Origin: a virus
Taxonomy: Duplodnaviria; Caudoviricetes
IMG/VR virus record: IMGVR_UViG_3300022928_000025
Span: 1-61,823 of that record
DNA length: 61,823 nucleotides
Reading direction: 5' to 3' (one strand)
The notes under the pieces are model-generated. The model was not told where the DNA came from. It saw only the letters and a list, made by a program, of their open reading frames with translations, and did not search any database. This document shows, in pieces, positions 8,318-16,361 of the stretch (positions within the stretch are counted from its first letter, which is position 1; each line of letters opens with the position of its first letter). The translations under genes were made by a program, and so were the position numbers.

Positions 8318-11074
8318 TTACGCGAATTGCGTTTGGGAAGCTAAAACAGTGTATGTCCCAGACCCAGTTTTAATTACTACATAAGAATAGATATCTATCG
8401 ACGAGGCATTCCCTTCGGTTGGTGCCTCGCCGCCCTGCCATTTAGGAGTCACACCAGCGCCATCTATCTGCACCGAGGTGTTGTAGTAAGCCGTACCACC
8501 ACAAGTATTCACGAAGACAACTGTTATGGTTTCACCAACGTCCATCAAACTGTTTAAAGTAGTTGACGAATCCCCGCGTAAATTAATCGTAAAATTACCT
8601 GCCGCGTTAGAGGTGTAATAGATTATTTGTTGTGGCAGCGCGTCGAAATTGATAGTGCCGTTTGCAGCAGTCGCTGAAACTAAAACACTTTCCTTTATAT
8701 CGCCATTAAGTAATGCGGAGCTAAAAGTTTTGTTAGACAACGCTTGTACACTAGCTAATGTGACTAGCTCAATATCGCCCGATCCTAATAAGGAACCGCT
8801 ATTGATAGTTTTTATATCGGTGCCCGAGACAAGCGTATCCTGCTTGAGCGCTAAGCCAGTAGATAGGCTAGACGCCGCGGTGGCTTGTCCCGCGTCTATG
8901 TAGGTCTTAACTGCGTACTCAGTTGGCACTGCGGTATTACTATTGCCATTGAGTAAAGGATCTGAAGAGAATTCATTAATAGTCTCGCCAAGCTGCGCGC
9001 CAATTGACCCCAGCCTCAATGAGGTCAGGCCGGCAAGATCGAACGCGCTCGCATTAAGAGTTGCACGGCCGGTGGCTTGGTCAATACGGAAGTACTCGCC
9101 GACACGGAAATTTCCGTTCTGGTCTGTAGATACGTAATAAACTCGTCCTGGAAATACTTCATCAACCTCGTTCCCTTGTGCAGGGGCTTGAGTTGGTTCT
9201 CCTGGATAATTTGTAGTAGCGATGCCTCCAGTTCCTATGTTCAAGAAGTCATGGCCTGTCAATCTCACTTGCGAATACAAAGATCGCATAGTGATGCCGG
9301 TCCCGTCTGGAGAACCATTTACTTTCTCTTGGGCTAAATAAATGGCAATTTGGCTCGATGTATCTACATAAGTTCCTGCCGAGCTCTGGATAACGTACGT
9401 AATTGAGTCGCCGGCGATTTGAATACTTTGACCAGGAATCGGTTCTGCGGACAAATTGTCAGCTACAATAATAAAACCTTTTTGATCTTCTAGGGCGGCA
9501 GAACCTACTGTGCCTGCGCCGCCGCTAGTAAATGTCAGCGTATTGCCTGACAAGAAGGTTCCAGTCGCGCCAGAAACATAAACTTTATCTGCTGATATCT
9601 GAACATTTGTTACAGTCGCTGTACCTCCATCGGAGCTTGTGACTGTGTCCCCAACGTTTATCGCGCCGCCGCCGTAGATAAAATTAAGTTGCTGTCCGTG
9701 TATTTGACCGGTTTGTGATGTTTCGTTGGCATCAAAGCCACGAGATGTTGCACCCCACGTACCGTAGCTATTATTACCGTTGAGGGATCGGATAAAACCT
9801 CCCCCAGAAGCCGCGTACCCCATATAGCAATAGTATGTAAAACAAGAAACAATCTCTGCTTTACCACCGTCTTTTGTCCAAAAACCTACACCGTTATCAC
9901 TGATAATTGTGTAACCGTGAAACAACATACTTTTTGCGCCGGCGCCATGAACCGACCCATCAACTAAAGCGCCAATTGCACCAGAACAAATAGCGGCGCA
10001 TTCCAAGACATAAGGAGATTTCGTAGTAGCGGGCGAATTAACATTAAAACCGACAACAACGCCGGCTGGTGTTGATGTTGTTATATCTTCAGGGGTGCTA
10101 CCTGGAACCCAACCGGTCATGCCTTTAAAAGTCATCTTGTTCAAGATTGAGCCATTACTCATCTGGAACATGGTCGAAGTGTTCGTTAAAAGCGTGGGGT
10201 GTACGTTTACCGTTCGCTGGCTATCGCCAACTATGGCGACATCTGGTGGTACAACAATTGGGCATATTTCTGTATACGTACCCGCCGATACATTAATAGT
10301 AGCTGGGTTTCCGGCTGCAGCGGCAGCTGCACAGGCGGCTTTAATTGTGGCAAATGCACCAGAGATTGTTTCGCCATTATTAGTGTCTGAACCTGCGGGG
10401 GTCACATAATAAACATCGGGGGAATAGAGAGAACCACTAAACAAGAATGATTCCCAGAAAACACCGTCAGTGCTCGGCGTATTTCCTGTTGTGTTTTGTA
10501 CCGCGATATAAAGACTGCTGTTGTAATTCACCACATCATTAAGTTGGTATGCTACAGCGGCGTCGTAAATACCCTCCCATTGAACACTTTCTGTTAAACG
10601 AGCCCACGAGTTACCGACAGCGCCAGGATTTGTGTTGGTGTTGTCGACGTTAGCCACATACACAGTGGCGCCGTATGATACTGAGTCACCTACTTTATAT
10701 GCAGCGGCCGCGTCCCATTCACTTCTAAAATTCCAACCGCCAACAAACAATGTCCAATATTCAGTGTCTGTTGGGATATTCCCTGTTGATTGCACAAGAT
10801 TTGAATACATATACAAGTTGCTGCCGTAACGAACGACGCTACCGTACCCGTATTCAGTTGCCACATCCCAAAGACCGGAGAAAGCAACGCCATTAGTCAT
10901 CCGGCCCCAGAAAGTTGCGGCCGAGGTCAGCGTACCTGTGGTCCTTGCGGTGCTTATGTAGACATAAGAATTGCCTTTGAAAGAAACAACATCATTGAAC
11001 TGATATTCAGTAGAGACACTCCATTCGCCTTTGAATTGGAATCTTATTTTTCCAAGGTCAAGAATCTGAGCCAT
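8318..11074 (-). CDS. Tail fibre/spike with CBM5/12-like repeats and a beta-helix-like domain
   Basis: Four W-x4-Y-x3-V-x-Y/F repeats; 'YYVTPAGSDTNNG...AFATIKAA...VSAGTYTE' beta-helix cap. Confidence 0.75.
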   Translation of the reverse strand: MAQILDLGKIRFQFKGEWSVSTEYQFNDVVSFKGNSYVYISTARTTGTLTSAATFWGRMTNGVAFSGLWDVATEYGYGSVVRYGSNLYMYSNLVQSTGNIPTDTEYWTLFVGGWNFRSEWDAAAAYKVGDSVSYGATVYVANVDNTNTNPGAVGNSWARLTESVQWEGIYDAAVAYQLNDVVNYNSSLYIAVQNTTGNTPSTDGVFWESFLFSGSLYSPDVYYVTPAGSDTNNGETISGAFATIKAACAAAAAAGNPATINVSAGTYTEICPIVVPPDVAIVGDSQRTVNVHPTLLTNTSTMFQMSNGSILNKMTFKGMTGWVPGSTPEDITTSTPAGVVVGFNVNSPATTKSPYVLECAAICSGAIGALVDGSVHGAGAKSMLFHGYTIISDNGVGFWTKDGGKAEIVSCFTYYCYMGYAASGGGFIRSLNGNNSYGTWGATSRGFDANETSQTGQIHGQQLNFIYGGGAINVGDTVTSSDGGTATVTNVQISADKVYVSGATGTFLSGNTLTFTSGGAGTVGSAALEDQKGFIIVADNLSAEPIPGQSIQIAGDSITYVIQSSAGTYVDTSSQIAIYLAQEKVNGSPDGTGITMRSLYSQVRLTGHDFLNIGTGGIATTNYPGEPTQAPAQGNEVDEVFPGRVYYVSTDQNGNFRVGEYFRIDQATGRATLNASAFDLAGLTSLRLGSIGAQLGETINEFSSDPLLNGNSNTAVPTEYAVKTYIDAGQATAASSLSTGLALKQDTLVSGTDIKTINSGSLLGSGDIELVTLASVQALSNKTFSSALLNGDIKESVLVSATAANGTINFDALPQQIIYYTSNAAGNFTINLRGDSSTTLNSLMDVGETITVVFVNTCGGTAYYNTSVQIDGAGVTPKWQGGEAPTEGNASSIDIYSYVVIKTGSGTYTVLASQTQFA

Positions 11075-11328
11075 TATTTGTACTCCATCAAAAGGCGACC
11101 TGTGCCGCTAACTGTGTAAGTAATTGTGTCCGACGACCAAAAGTAAATAAGATAGTCGTTTGCATACGTAGCATATTCCGAAGGAATTTCTACTGGAGTG
11201 CCGTCGACACCATTGTTAAAATCAAAAAATAACTGGCCATTAGCAGCGTCTAAGCGAAAACCATAGAACGATTTGTCAGCATATTCGTGGCCTAAAGTTA
11301 CATTAACTCCGCTATATATACCGGCCAT
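11074..11328 (-). CDS. Hypothetical virion protein
   Basis: 84 aa, TAATG-coupled within the structural operon. Confidence 0.6.
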   Translation of the reverse strand: MAGIYSGVNVTLGHEYADKSFYGFRLDAANGQLFFDFNNGVDGTPVEIPSEYATYANDYLIYFWSSDTITYTVSGTGRLLMEYK

Positions 11329-11651
11329 TATTTAACTCCAGTAAGTAGAGACGCTACTACATCAAACGCATCAATAAGAGTAGAAAAGGCAACCAACTGG
11401 TCACCTGCCACAAGGACAATTCGTCCCTTGATTACCTCTGCGTTTTCTCCGCTGGCGATCCTTAACTGACGAGCTATAAAGGTATCTACGCCTCCGCGCC
11501 TTAAGACTAAGGACAATGGAGCCACGGAACCAAAAACATTTGCTGCGTTGCAGCCTATAAGTAACGCTTTAGAATCTGCCGCCACTGTGTAAATTGTGAC
11601 TTCGCTCGTTCCAATATTTCTTGCTGTCGCATTAAGAAAGCTAGTAGCCAT
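11328..11651 (-). CDS. Hypothetical beta-rich virion protein
   Basis: 'TIYTV...NAAN...IVLVAGDQL' pattern common in marine phage structural genes. Confidence 0.65.
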   Translation of the reverse strand: MATSFLNATARNIGTSEVTIYTVAADSKALLIGCNAANVFGSVAPLSLVLRRGGVDTFIARQLRIASGENAEVIKGRIVLVAGDQLVAFSTLIDAFDVVASLLTGVK

Positions 11652-11660
11652 TCTTCACCT

Positions 11661-12011
11661 TTAACCTAGTGCGATAGCCATCGCCATCGCCTCGTCTGCC
11701 GCATCTTCTTGAATGTCGTCCATTAATACTTTTGTGATTCTCAGTTCGACTTTATCGCCGGCGTTAAATGCACTTGCTGTTGTTTCGTCAACGCCTCTGA
11801 TAATCGTCATCGTGTCACCGGTGCGGGCAGTTACTTTTACTATTTCTGCTGCGCCCTCATCTTCACCAATTAAAGTCACGTAGAAATGATCACCCACTCC
11901 TGGATCTGGAAATTCAGCGCCACTAGAGGTCGACACGGTAAGCGACGTAGCCGTATCAGTAATGCCACCGGTTAAAGTCGATGCCGCATTATTTGAATAA
12001 AGAACAGCCAT
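11661..12011 (-). CDS. Virion/fibre-associated protein
   Basis: 'NNAASTL..GI...EIVKVTAR.GD..TI.RG...TTA..F.AGDKVELR' and C-terminal AMAIALG. Confidence 0.7.
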   Translation of the reverse strand: MAVLYSNNAASTLTGGITDTATSLTVSTSSGAEFPDPGVGDHFYVTLIGEDEGAAEIVKVTARTGDTMTIIRGVDETTASAFNAGDKVELRITKVLMDDIQEDAADEAMAMAIALG

Positions 12012-14329
12012 TACGCAGCCCTTAGATAACTAATTATGTAAGTCTCTGCATACTCAACTTCGGCTGTAGCAATCGCACCCAGCTCTACCGTGGCCACTGC
12101 CGATACGCCACTTACAACTGCAGAGTAAGTGGCGTTCGCGACAATAGGCGTAGCGCCGTAGGAACCGAATGAGGCAGAATACGTTGAGTTGTCCACTTCA
12201 TAAGCAGCACTCGCACCACTTACAGTGACTGCGGCAACTACGTTGTCGTAGAACGTGAGGACACGAAGCGCCGCGTCAGGAGTTAGTGTTACCAGCGTAG
12301 TTGCGGGATCAGCGGCTACCGGTATATCGAGATGAACGTCTGCTTCAACTGCTGCAGTTGCAACTGCGCTGGCAGCTGAATTCTTAGTGATGTGAATATC
12401 GCCAGAAGCGGCGACAGGACCAAGAACCGCTGTGCCAAGTGCCGCTGTGACATGCAGGTCGCCAGCAGTTGCTGTTTGTGCGGCGGCAGAGCCCTGCAAA
12501 TTAACAACTATATTAACGTCAGAATCTGCGACTACCGTTGCAAATACATCACCTGCAACAGGTATATCAAGGTGAATGCCGCCTGAAGTAACCGCGCTAG
12601 TAGCCGCTGCACCCGCTACAGGGATGTCTAACTCAATATAACCATCAGTAGCTGCTGCAATATCTGCAAAGCCGCTAATAAATATGTGAAGATCAATACC
12701 GCCGGTTAGCGTACCTGTAGCAGAGACACCGCCTATATCCGACTGGCCGTCAAGGTTAACAGTCAGTCCGAGCTCAGCCTCAGTCGCAGCAGCGACAGAT
12801 GCCAGTGCAGCCACTGGTATTTCTAGTTCTATACCGCCAGTAGATTGAGTCGTTGTACTGACAGCCGTCGCTAGAGGTACTGCTATAGAAACATCACCGG
12901 CCAGTGAACCGACGGCTTGTGCACCGCCCAGATCAGAAAGACCATCTAGCGGAATCTCTAAAACCACTGCCGCATTAGCGGTGCTTAATGCCTCTGCCTG
13001 TGCGGCTACGGGGATCAGTAGCTCTACGTCACCTTGGGTAGACACGCTGCTAGCAACAGCACCATCAACAGGGATAGATAGATCTATACCGCCTGCAATA
13101 GCTGCCTGAAGCACCGATGCGCCTTCGACGAATATATGCAGGTCTATGCCGCCGGCTAAAGAGCCAGACGCAAATACGCCGCCGAGTCCAGACTGACCGT
13201 CGAGGTTTACCTGTAACCCGAGTTCTGTTGCTGTGCTCGCCGTGACAGATGACTGACCCGCCACAGGTATAACTAGATCAATCTCGCCTAAAGTCTGTAG
13301 CGACGCATTAGCAGCAGCAGCGAGAGGCACATCGATTGCCACGTTTCCACTGAGAGAGCCAACCGCTTGCGCACCACCGAGATCAGACTGACCATCAAGC
13401 GGTATAGCGAGAGTAATTAGACCGTCGGTAGAGACTGCTACATCGGATGAGCCGGCAACAGGGATACTTAGATCAAAACCGCCACTAACATCAGCAGATG
13501 CATTTGCATCAACACTAATGTTATCTGTCTTAGAGAGAGGCGCGTCGGCTACAGTCAGAGAAGCATCGATTGATGCCCGAACAACATTAACTATTCTTGG
13601 TGTAGCGTCCAGTACCACTGATACCGATGCCGCACCTTCGAGGTTTGCTGACTTAGCTAACTCAGGTTGCGATACTACTTCGACATCGGACGAACCGGCG
13701 ATTGGCTTGGCAAGCACAACATTAGCTGTGGCTTCAGCCGAAGAAACAACAGTGGCTTCTATGTTTACAGTAACGTGAACATCGGCTTGCGCTTCTGATG
13801 CACCTGCCACTATGCCGCTTAAGTTTGCTGCAAGACCTAAGTCACCAGCAGCATTTGCTGCCGCGTCGACCGCGCCAGTAATTGGCTTAGTTAGATCTAC
13901 ATCGGCGGAGGTAAGGACAGCTGCTGCAACCGAGCCTGCCAGAGGTATAGCACTTGTAACGCTACCCTCGAGAGTGCCAGAAACAGATGCGCCGCCAAGA
14001 TCTGATTGTCCGTCTACAGGTATAACTAAGTGAACACCACCGTCAACAACCGCGACGCTAGTGATCCCGCCCTGTAAAGGAGATTCCAGGATAATGCTGC
14101 CGGTAATAGCACCATTTGTTTGGATAGAGCCGGCTAAGTTGTCTTTCTTAAACAGCGCACCTTGCGTACTGACTTGCGCCGAGATGGCCGCGTTCAGATT
14201 CGCGCTGTTAGAAAGTTCTGCAGAATAGCCGCTGCTGACTACTAGTGATCCTGCGAGCGCAACCAGCTTTGCAACGGTGCTAATAGCACCGTTGAACAAT
14301 ACCTGATTAAACCGCGCCCTATTCAGCAT
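12011..14329 (-). CDS. Long Ala/Val/Gly/Ser-rich repetitive fibre-like protein
   Basis: 772 aa; about 24-aa periodic I-x-L-x-IP units; five DGQSDLGG-type motifs. Confidence 0.7.
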   Translation of the reverse strand: MLNRARFNQVLFNGAISTVAKLVALAGSLVVSSGYSAELSNSANLNAAISAQVSTQGALFKKDNLAGSIQTNGAITGSIILESPLQGGITSVAVVDGGVHLVIPVDGQSDLGGASVSGTLEGSVTSAIPLAGSVAAAVLTSADVDLTKPITGAVDAAANAAGDLGLAANLSGIVAGASEAQADVHVTVNIEATVVSSAEATANVVLAKPIAGSSDVEVVSQPELAKSANLEGAASVSVVLDATPRIVNVVRASIDASLTVADAPLSKTDNISVDANASADVSGGFDLSIPVAGSSDVAVSTDGLITLAIPLDGQSDLGGAQAVGSLSGNVAIDVPLAAAANASLQTLGEIDLVIPVAGQSSVTASTATELGLQVNLDGQSGLGGVFASGSLAGGIDLHIFVEGASVLQAAIAGGIDLSIPVDGAVASSVSTQGDVELLIPVAAQAEALSTANAAVVLEIPLDGLSDLGGAQAVGSLAGDVSIAVPLATAVSTTTQSTGGIELEIPVAALASVAAATEAELGLTVNLDGQSDIGGVSATGTLTGGIDLHIFISGFADIAAATDGYIELDIPVAGAAATSAVTSGGIHLDIPVAGDVFATVVADSDVNIVVNLQGSAAAQTATAGDLHVTAALGTAVLGPVAASGDIHITKNSAASAVATAAVEADVHLDIPVAADPATTLVTLTPDAALRVLTFYDNVVAAVTVSGASAAYEVDNSTYSASFGSYGATPIVANATYSAVVSGVSAVATVELGAIATAEVEYAETYIISYLRAA

Positions 14330-14348
14330 CGATGTTCAGTCCTTACTA

Positions 14349-14783
14349 TTAGGCGAACGTGACAGCTAAGGAACCAGCAGGGAAAGTAACCGTATCGCCT
14401 TCGTTTATTGTTTTATTAATAGACAAAGACCCGTGGAACAGTAAGTTTCCACCGCTTGAAGCATCATGAACGCCAAATGCAGTTACTTGACCCCACGAAG
14501 CCGAAGGCTCTGGAAAAGTAATCTCAACGTTGTTACTAGTTGCACCGCCCGTACCGGATGATGCTGTAGTGCTGCCACTAGACTGTGTTCCGGCCCATGC
14601 CGTAAGACTAGAGGTAACAGGTACACGGTCGTAGCCGTCACCTACTAACTCAGTGCCGCCACCAGTATCATCGGGAGCTGCAGTGAAAAGTGACACATAC
14701 AGTGTTGTAGTAGTTGGAGAAGTCTGACCTCTGAAAATCTGGTCAATTAAAGAATTCTCTAGGTAATCTGACATTGCTGACAT
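14349..14783 (-). CDS. Conserved phage structural (fibre-associated) protein
   Basis: 'MSDYLEN...LYVSLFTAAP...GY.RV...ITFP....WG.V...GV.DA.SGGNLL' motif. Confidence 0.75.
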   Translation of the reverse strand: MSAMSDYLENSLIDQIFRGQTSPTTTTLYVSLFTAAPDDTGGGTELVGDGYDRVPVTSSLTAWAGTQSSGSTTASSGTGGATSNNVEITFPEPSASWGQVTAFGVHDASSGGNLLFHGSLSINKTINEGDTVTFPAGSLAVTFA

Positions 14784-14795
14784 AGTTTGCCTCCG

Positions 14796-15131
14796 CTATG
14801 CAAAATCTTCACGAACATAGAATTTGAGTTTGTCGTAAACCGTTTGTAGTGCGCCGTCGAAGTTAATCTCTATCTCGCCTTCGTAAGGACCAGCAGGAAC
14901 ATTCAATGCACCGCCAGTAAAGTCGAAACGGACTTCGCCATCCACACCCCCGCCTATCTTGGAACAGGCCAAAGTGGAAAGTACTGTGTCGCTACCAACG
15001 GCACGGAAATACACATTAACCGTTGTGCCAGCATCAGATAGATCAAGTACGACCCCATCAGTGGGATCTGTCAGAGTTAGCTTTATTGAAGGTAAAGTAT
15101 CACCTTGAACGAGCTTAATTTTTTCAGCCAT
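14796..15131 (-). CDS. BppU-like Ig-fold virion protein
   Basis: 'IKLVQGDTLP...G.YEGEIEI...QTVYD'. Confidence 0.6.
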   Translation of the reverse strand: MAEKIKLVQGDTLPSIKLTLTDPTDGVVLDLSDAGTTVNVYFRAVGSDTVLSTLACSKIGGGVDGEVRFDFTGGALNVPAGPYEGEIEINFDGALQTVYDKLKFYVREDFA

Positions 15132-15148
15132 AGCAGCACCCAGTATTA

Positions 15149-15180
15149 ATTATATTAGCTATACTAATATAATTCCACAA
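15149..15180 (-). promoter_or_regulatory. Operator/promoter: palindrome TATTAG-CTATA-CTAATA with TTGTGG-17-TAATAT
   Basis: ATTATATTAGCTATACTAATATAAT upstream of the fibre operon. Confidence 0.7.
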
Positions 15181-15185
15181 AAAAA

Positions 15186-15605
15186 TTAACCGGCTATCAG
15201 TAATTCACACACTTTTTTAGCTCGATTTGGCGTCTGTTCTTTTGCCCATTTTGAGTCCATGAAGTTCTCTTTTGCTCCCTCCCAGTCGCCCTCTGCACAG
15301 CTAGCCAGCGCCATCTTAAATCCGGCCAGACCCGCCAAACCGAGCTGGAACGCCATTGAGATCAACACTGTCTTGCGCCCTTCTGAGAGGGCCGAATACC
15401 AAGGGTCGTATGCCTTCTTTAGCTCGGCTTCCACCCTGCCAATATCATTCTCTAAGAGGTATTTAGCCTCCTCGAGGCTGATTCCAGGGCCCTTTCCCTT
15501 CTCGATAACCCGCCCGATGCCCAGAGTTAGCACACCTTCCGTACAGTGGTAGGCGAACTGCTCGTATCCTTCCCACTCGATAAGCTTTTCTGCTGCTAAA
15601 CTCAT
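15186..15605 (-). CDS. Endolysin, GH24 lysozyme
   Basis: 'EGY...Y.CT.G.LT.GIG', 'MAFQLG..GL..F', 'SKWA..QTPNRA'. Confidence 0.85.
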   Translation of the reverse strand: MSLAAEKLIEWEGYEQFAYHCTEGVLTLGIGRVIEKGKGPGISLEEAKYLLENDIGRVEAELKKAYDPWYSALSEGRKTVLISMAFQLGLAGLAGFKMALASCAEGDWEGAKENFMDSKWAKEQTPNRAKKVCELLIAG

Positions 15606-16093
15606 TTACCCTCTGCCCCCGTTGATTGGCTCTGGCTAGCGCCGAAGTAGAAGCTTATAACCGCTGACACCGTGCCTCCTAGATAACCGAGCACGAGTGA
15701 CACGATAGTGTCTGAGTTAGCATCTGGCGGCATCAGCGTTACCGTGAATATGTAAGCCAAGAACCCAACTATCGCGAGAATCCCGATAACCCTAGCAGTC
15801 CAATCTCCCGCAAAGTATTTACGGGCGTCTTGCTTGTCGGCAGTCTCAAGCTCAAACATATCTACGCCTAGCTCTTCCATCTTGGCAGCGTATTTAAGTT
15901 CAGCTTCCTTGATGGCCACTAGATCTTCAGGCGTAGCTTGCCTAAGTCGATCATCAATTGCCTTTGCAGAAGGGTCACAGCCAAGTACCTCAGCTAAGAC
16001 TCTCCCTGCTGTGGCACCGAGAGGGCCACCGAGTGTAGCGCCAAGCGTTGGTGCCAACCCGCCAACGATCCCTTTAATGGCGCTAAACTTCAT
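15602..16093 (-). CDS. Holin-like membrane protein
   Basis: Two C-terminal TM helices ending 'VISFYFG'; 'D.QDAR' motif; adjacent to the lysozyme. Confidence 0.7.
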   Translation of the reverse strand: MKFSAIKGIVGGLAPTLGATLGGPLGATAGRVLAEVLGCDPSAKAIDDRLRQATPEDLVAIKEAELKYAAKMEELGVDMFELETADKQDARKYFAGDWTARVIGILAIVGFLAYIFTVTLMPPDANSDTIVSLVLGYLGGTVSAVISFYFGASQSQSTGAEGK

Positions 16094-16212
16094 ACCGCCA
16101 CCGCCACCGCTAACGCGGCCAGAATCACAAACGCCGTAAGAGCTGCTTGTGGCTCATTCATTCGCATAAATGAGTTTTTAACTTTTTTACCTAATAGTTT
16201 TATAACGTTCAT
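16090..16212 (-). CDS. 40-aa membrane peptide (not in ORF track)
   Basis: GAGGTG RBS; MNVIKLLGKKVKNSFMRMNEPQAALTAFVILAALAVAVAV; ATGA overlap with the holin. Confidence 0.55.
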   Translation of the reverse strand: MNVIKLLGKKVKNSFMRMNEPQAALTAFVILAALAVAVAV

Positions 16213-16220
16213 GGAACACC

Positions 16221-16352
16221 TCATCCATGTATATGTATAAGTAGGAGTCCTACAATTACATAAGTAATTTTCTGCTCAAGCGGCATTGCTGTCGCCCAGC
16301 CCATAACTGCGTCTCGCCCATTGGCGATTTTGACTTTTATTGCGTCAATCAT
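16221..16352 (-). CDS. 43-aa membrane peptide (not in ORF track)
   Basis: GGAG RBS; MIDAIKVKIANGRDAVMGWATAMPLEQKITYVIVGLLLIHIHG. Confidence 0.5.
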   Translation of the reverse strand: MIDAIKVKIANGRDAVMGWATAMPLEQKITYVIVGLLLIHIHG

Positions 16353-16361
16353 AGCTAGCTC

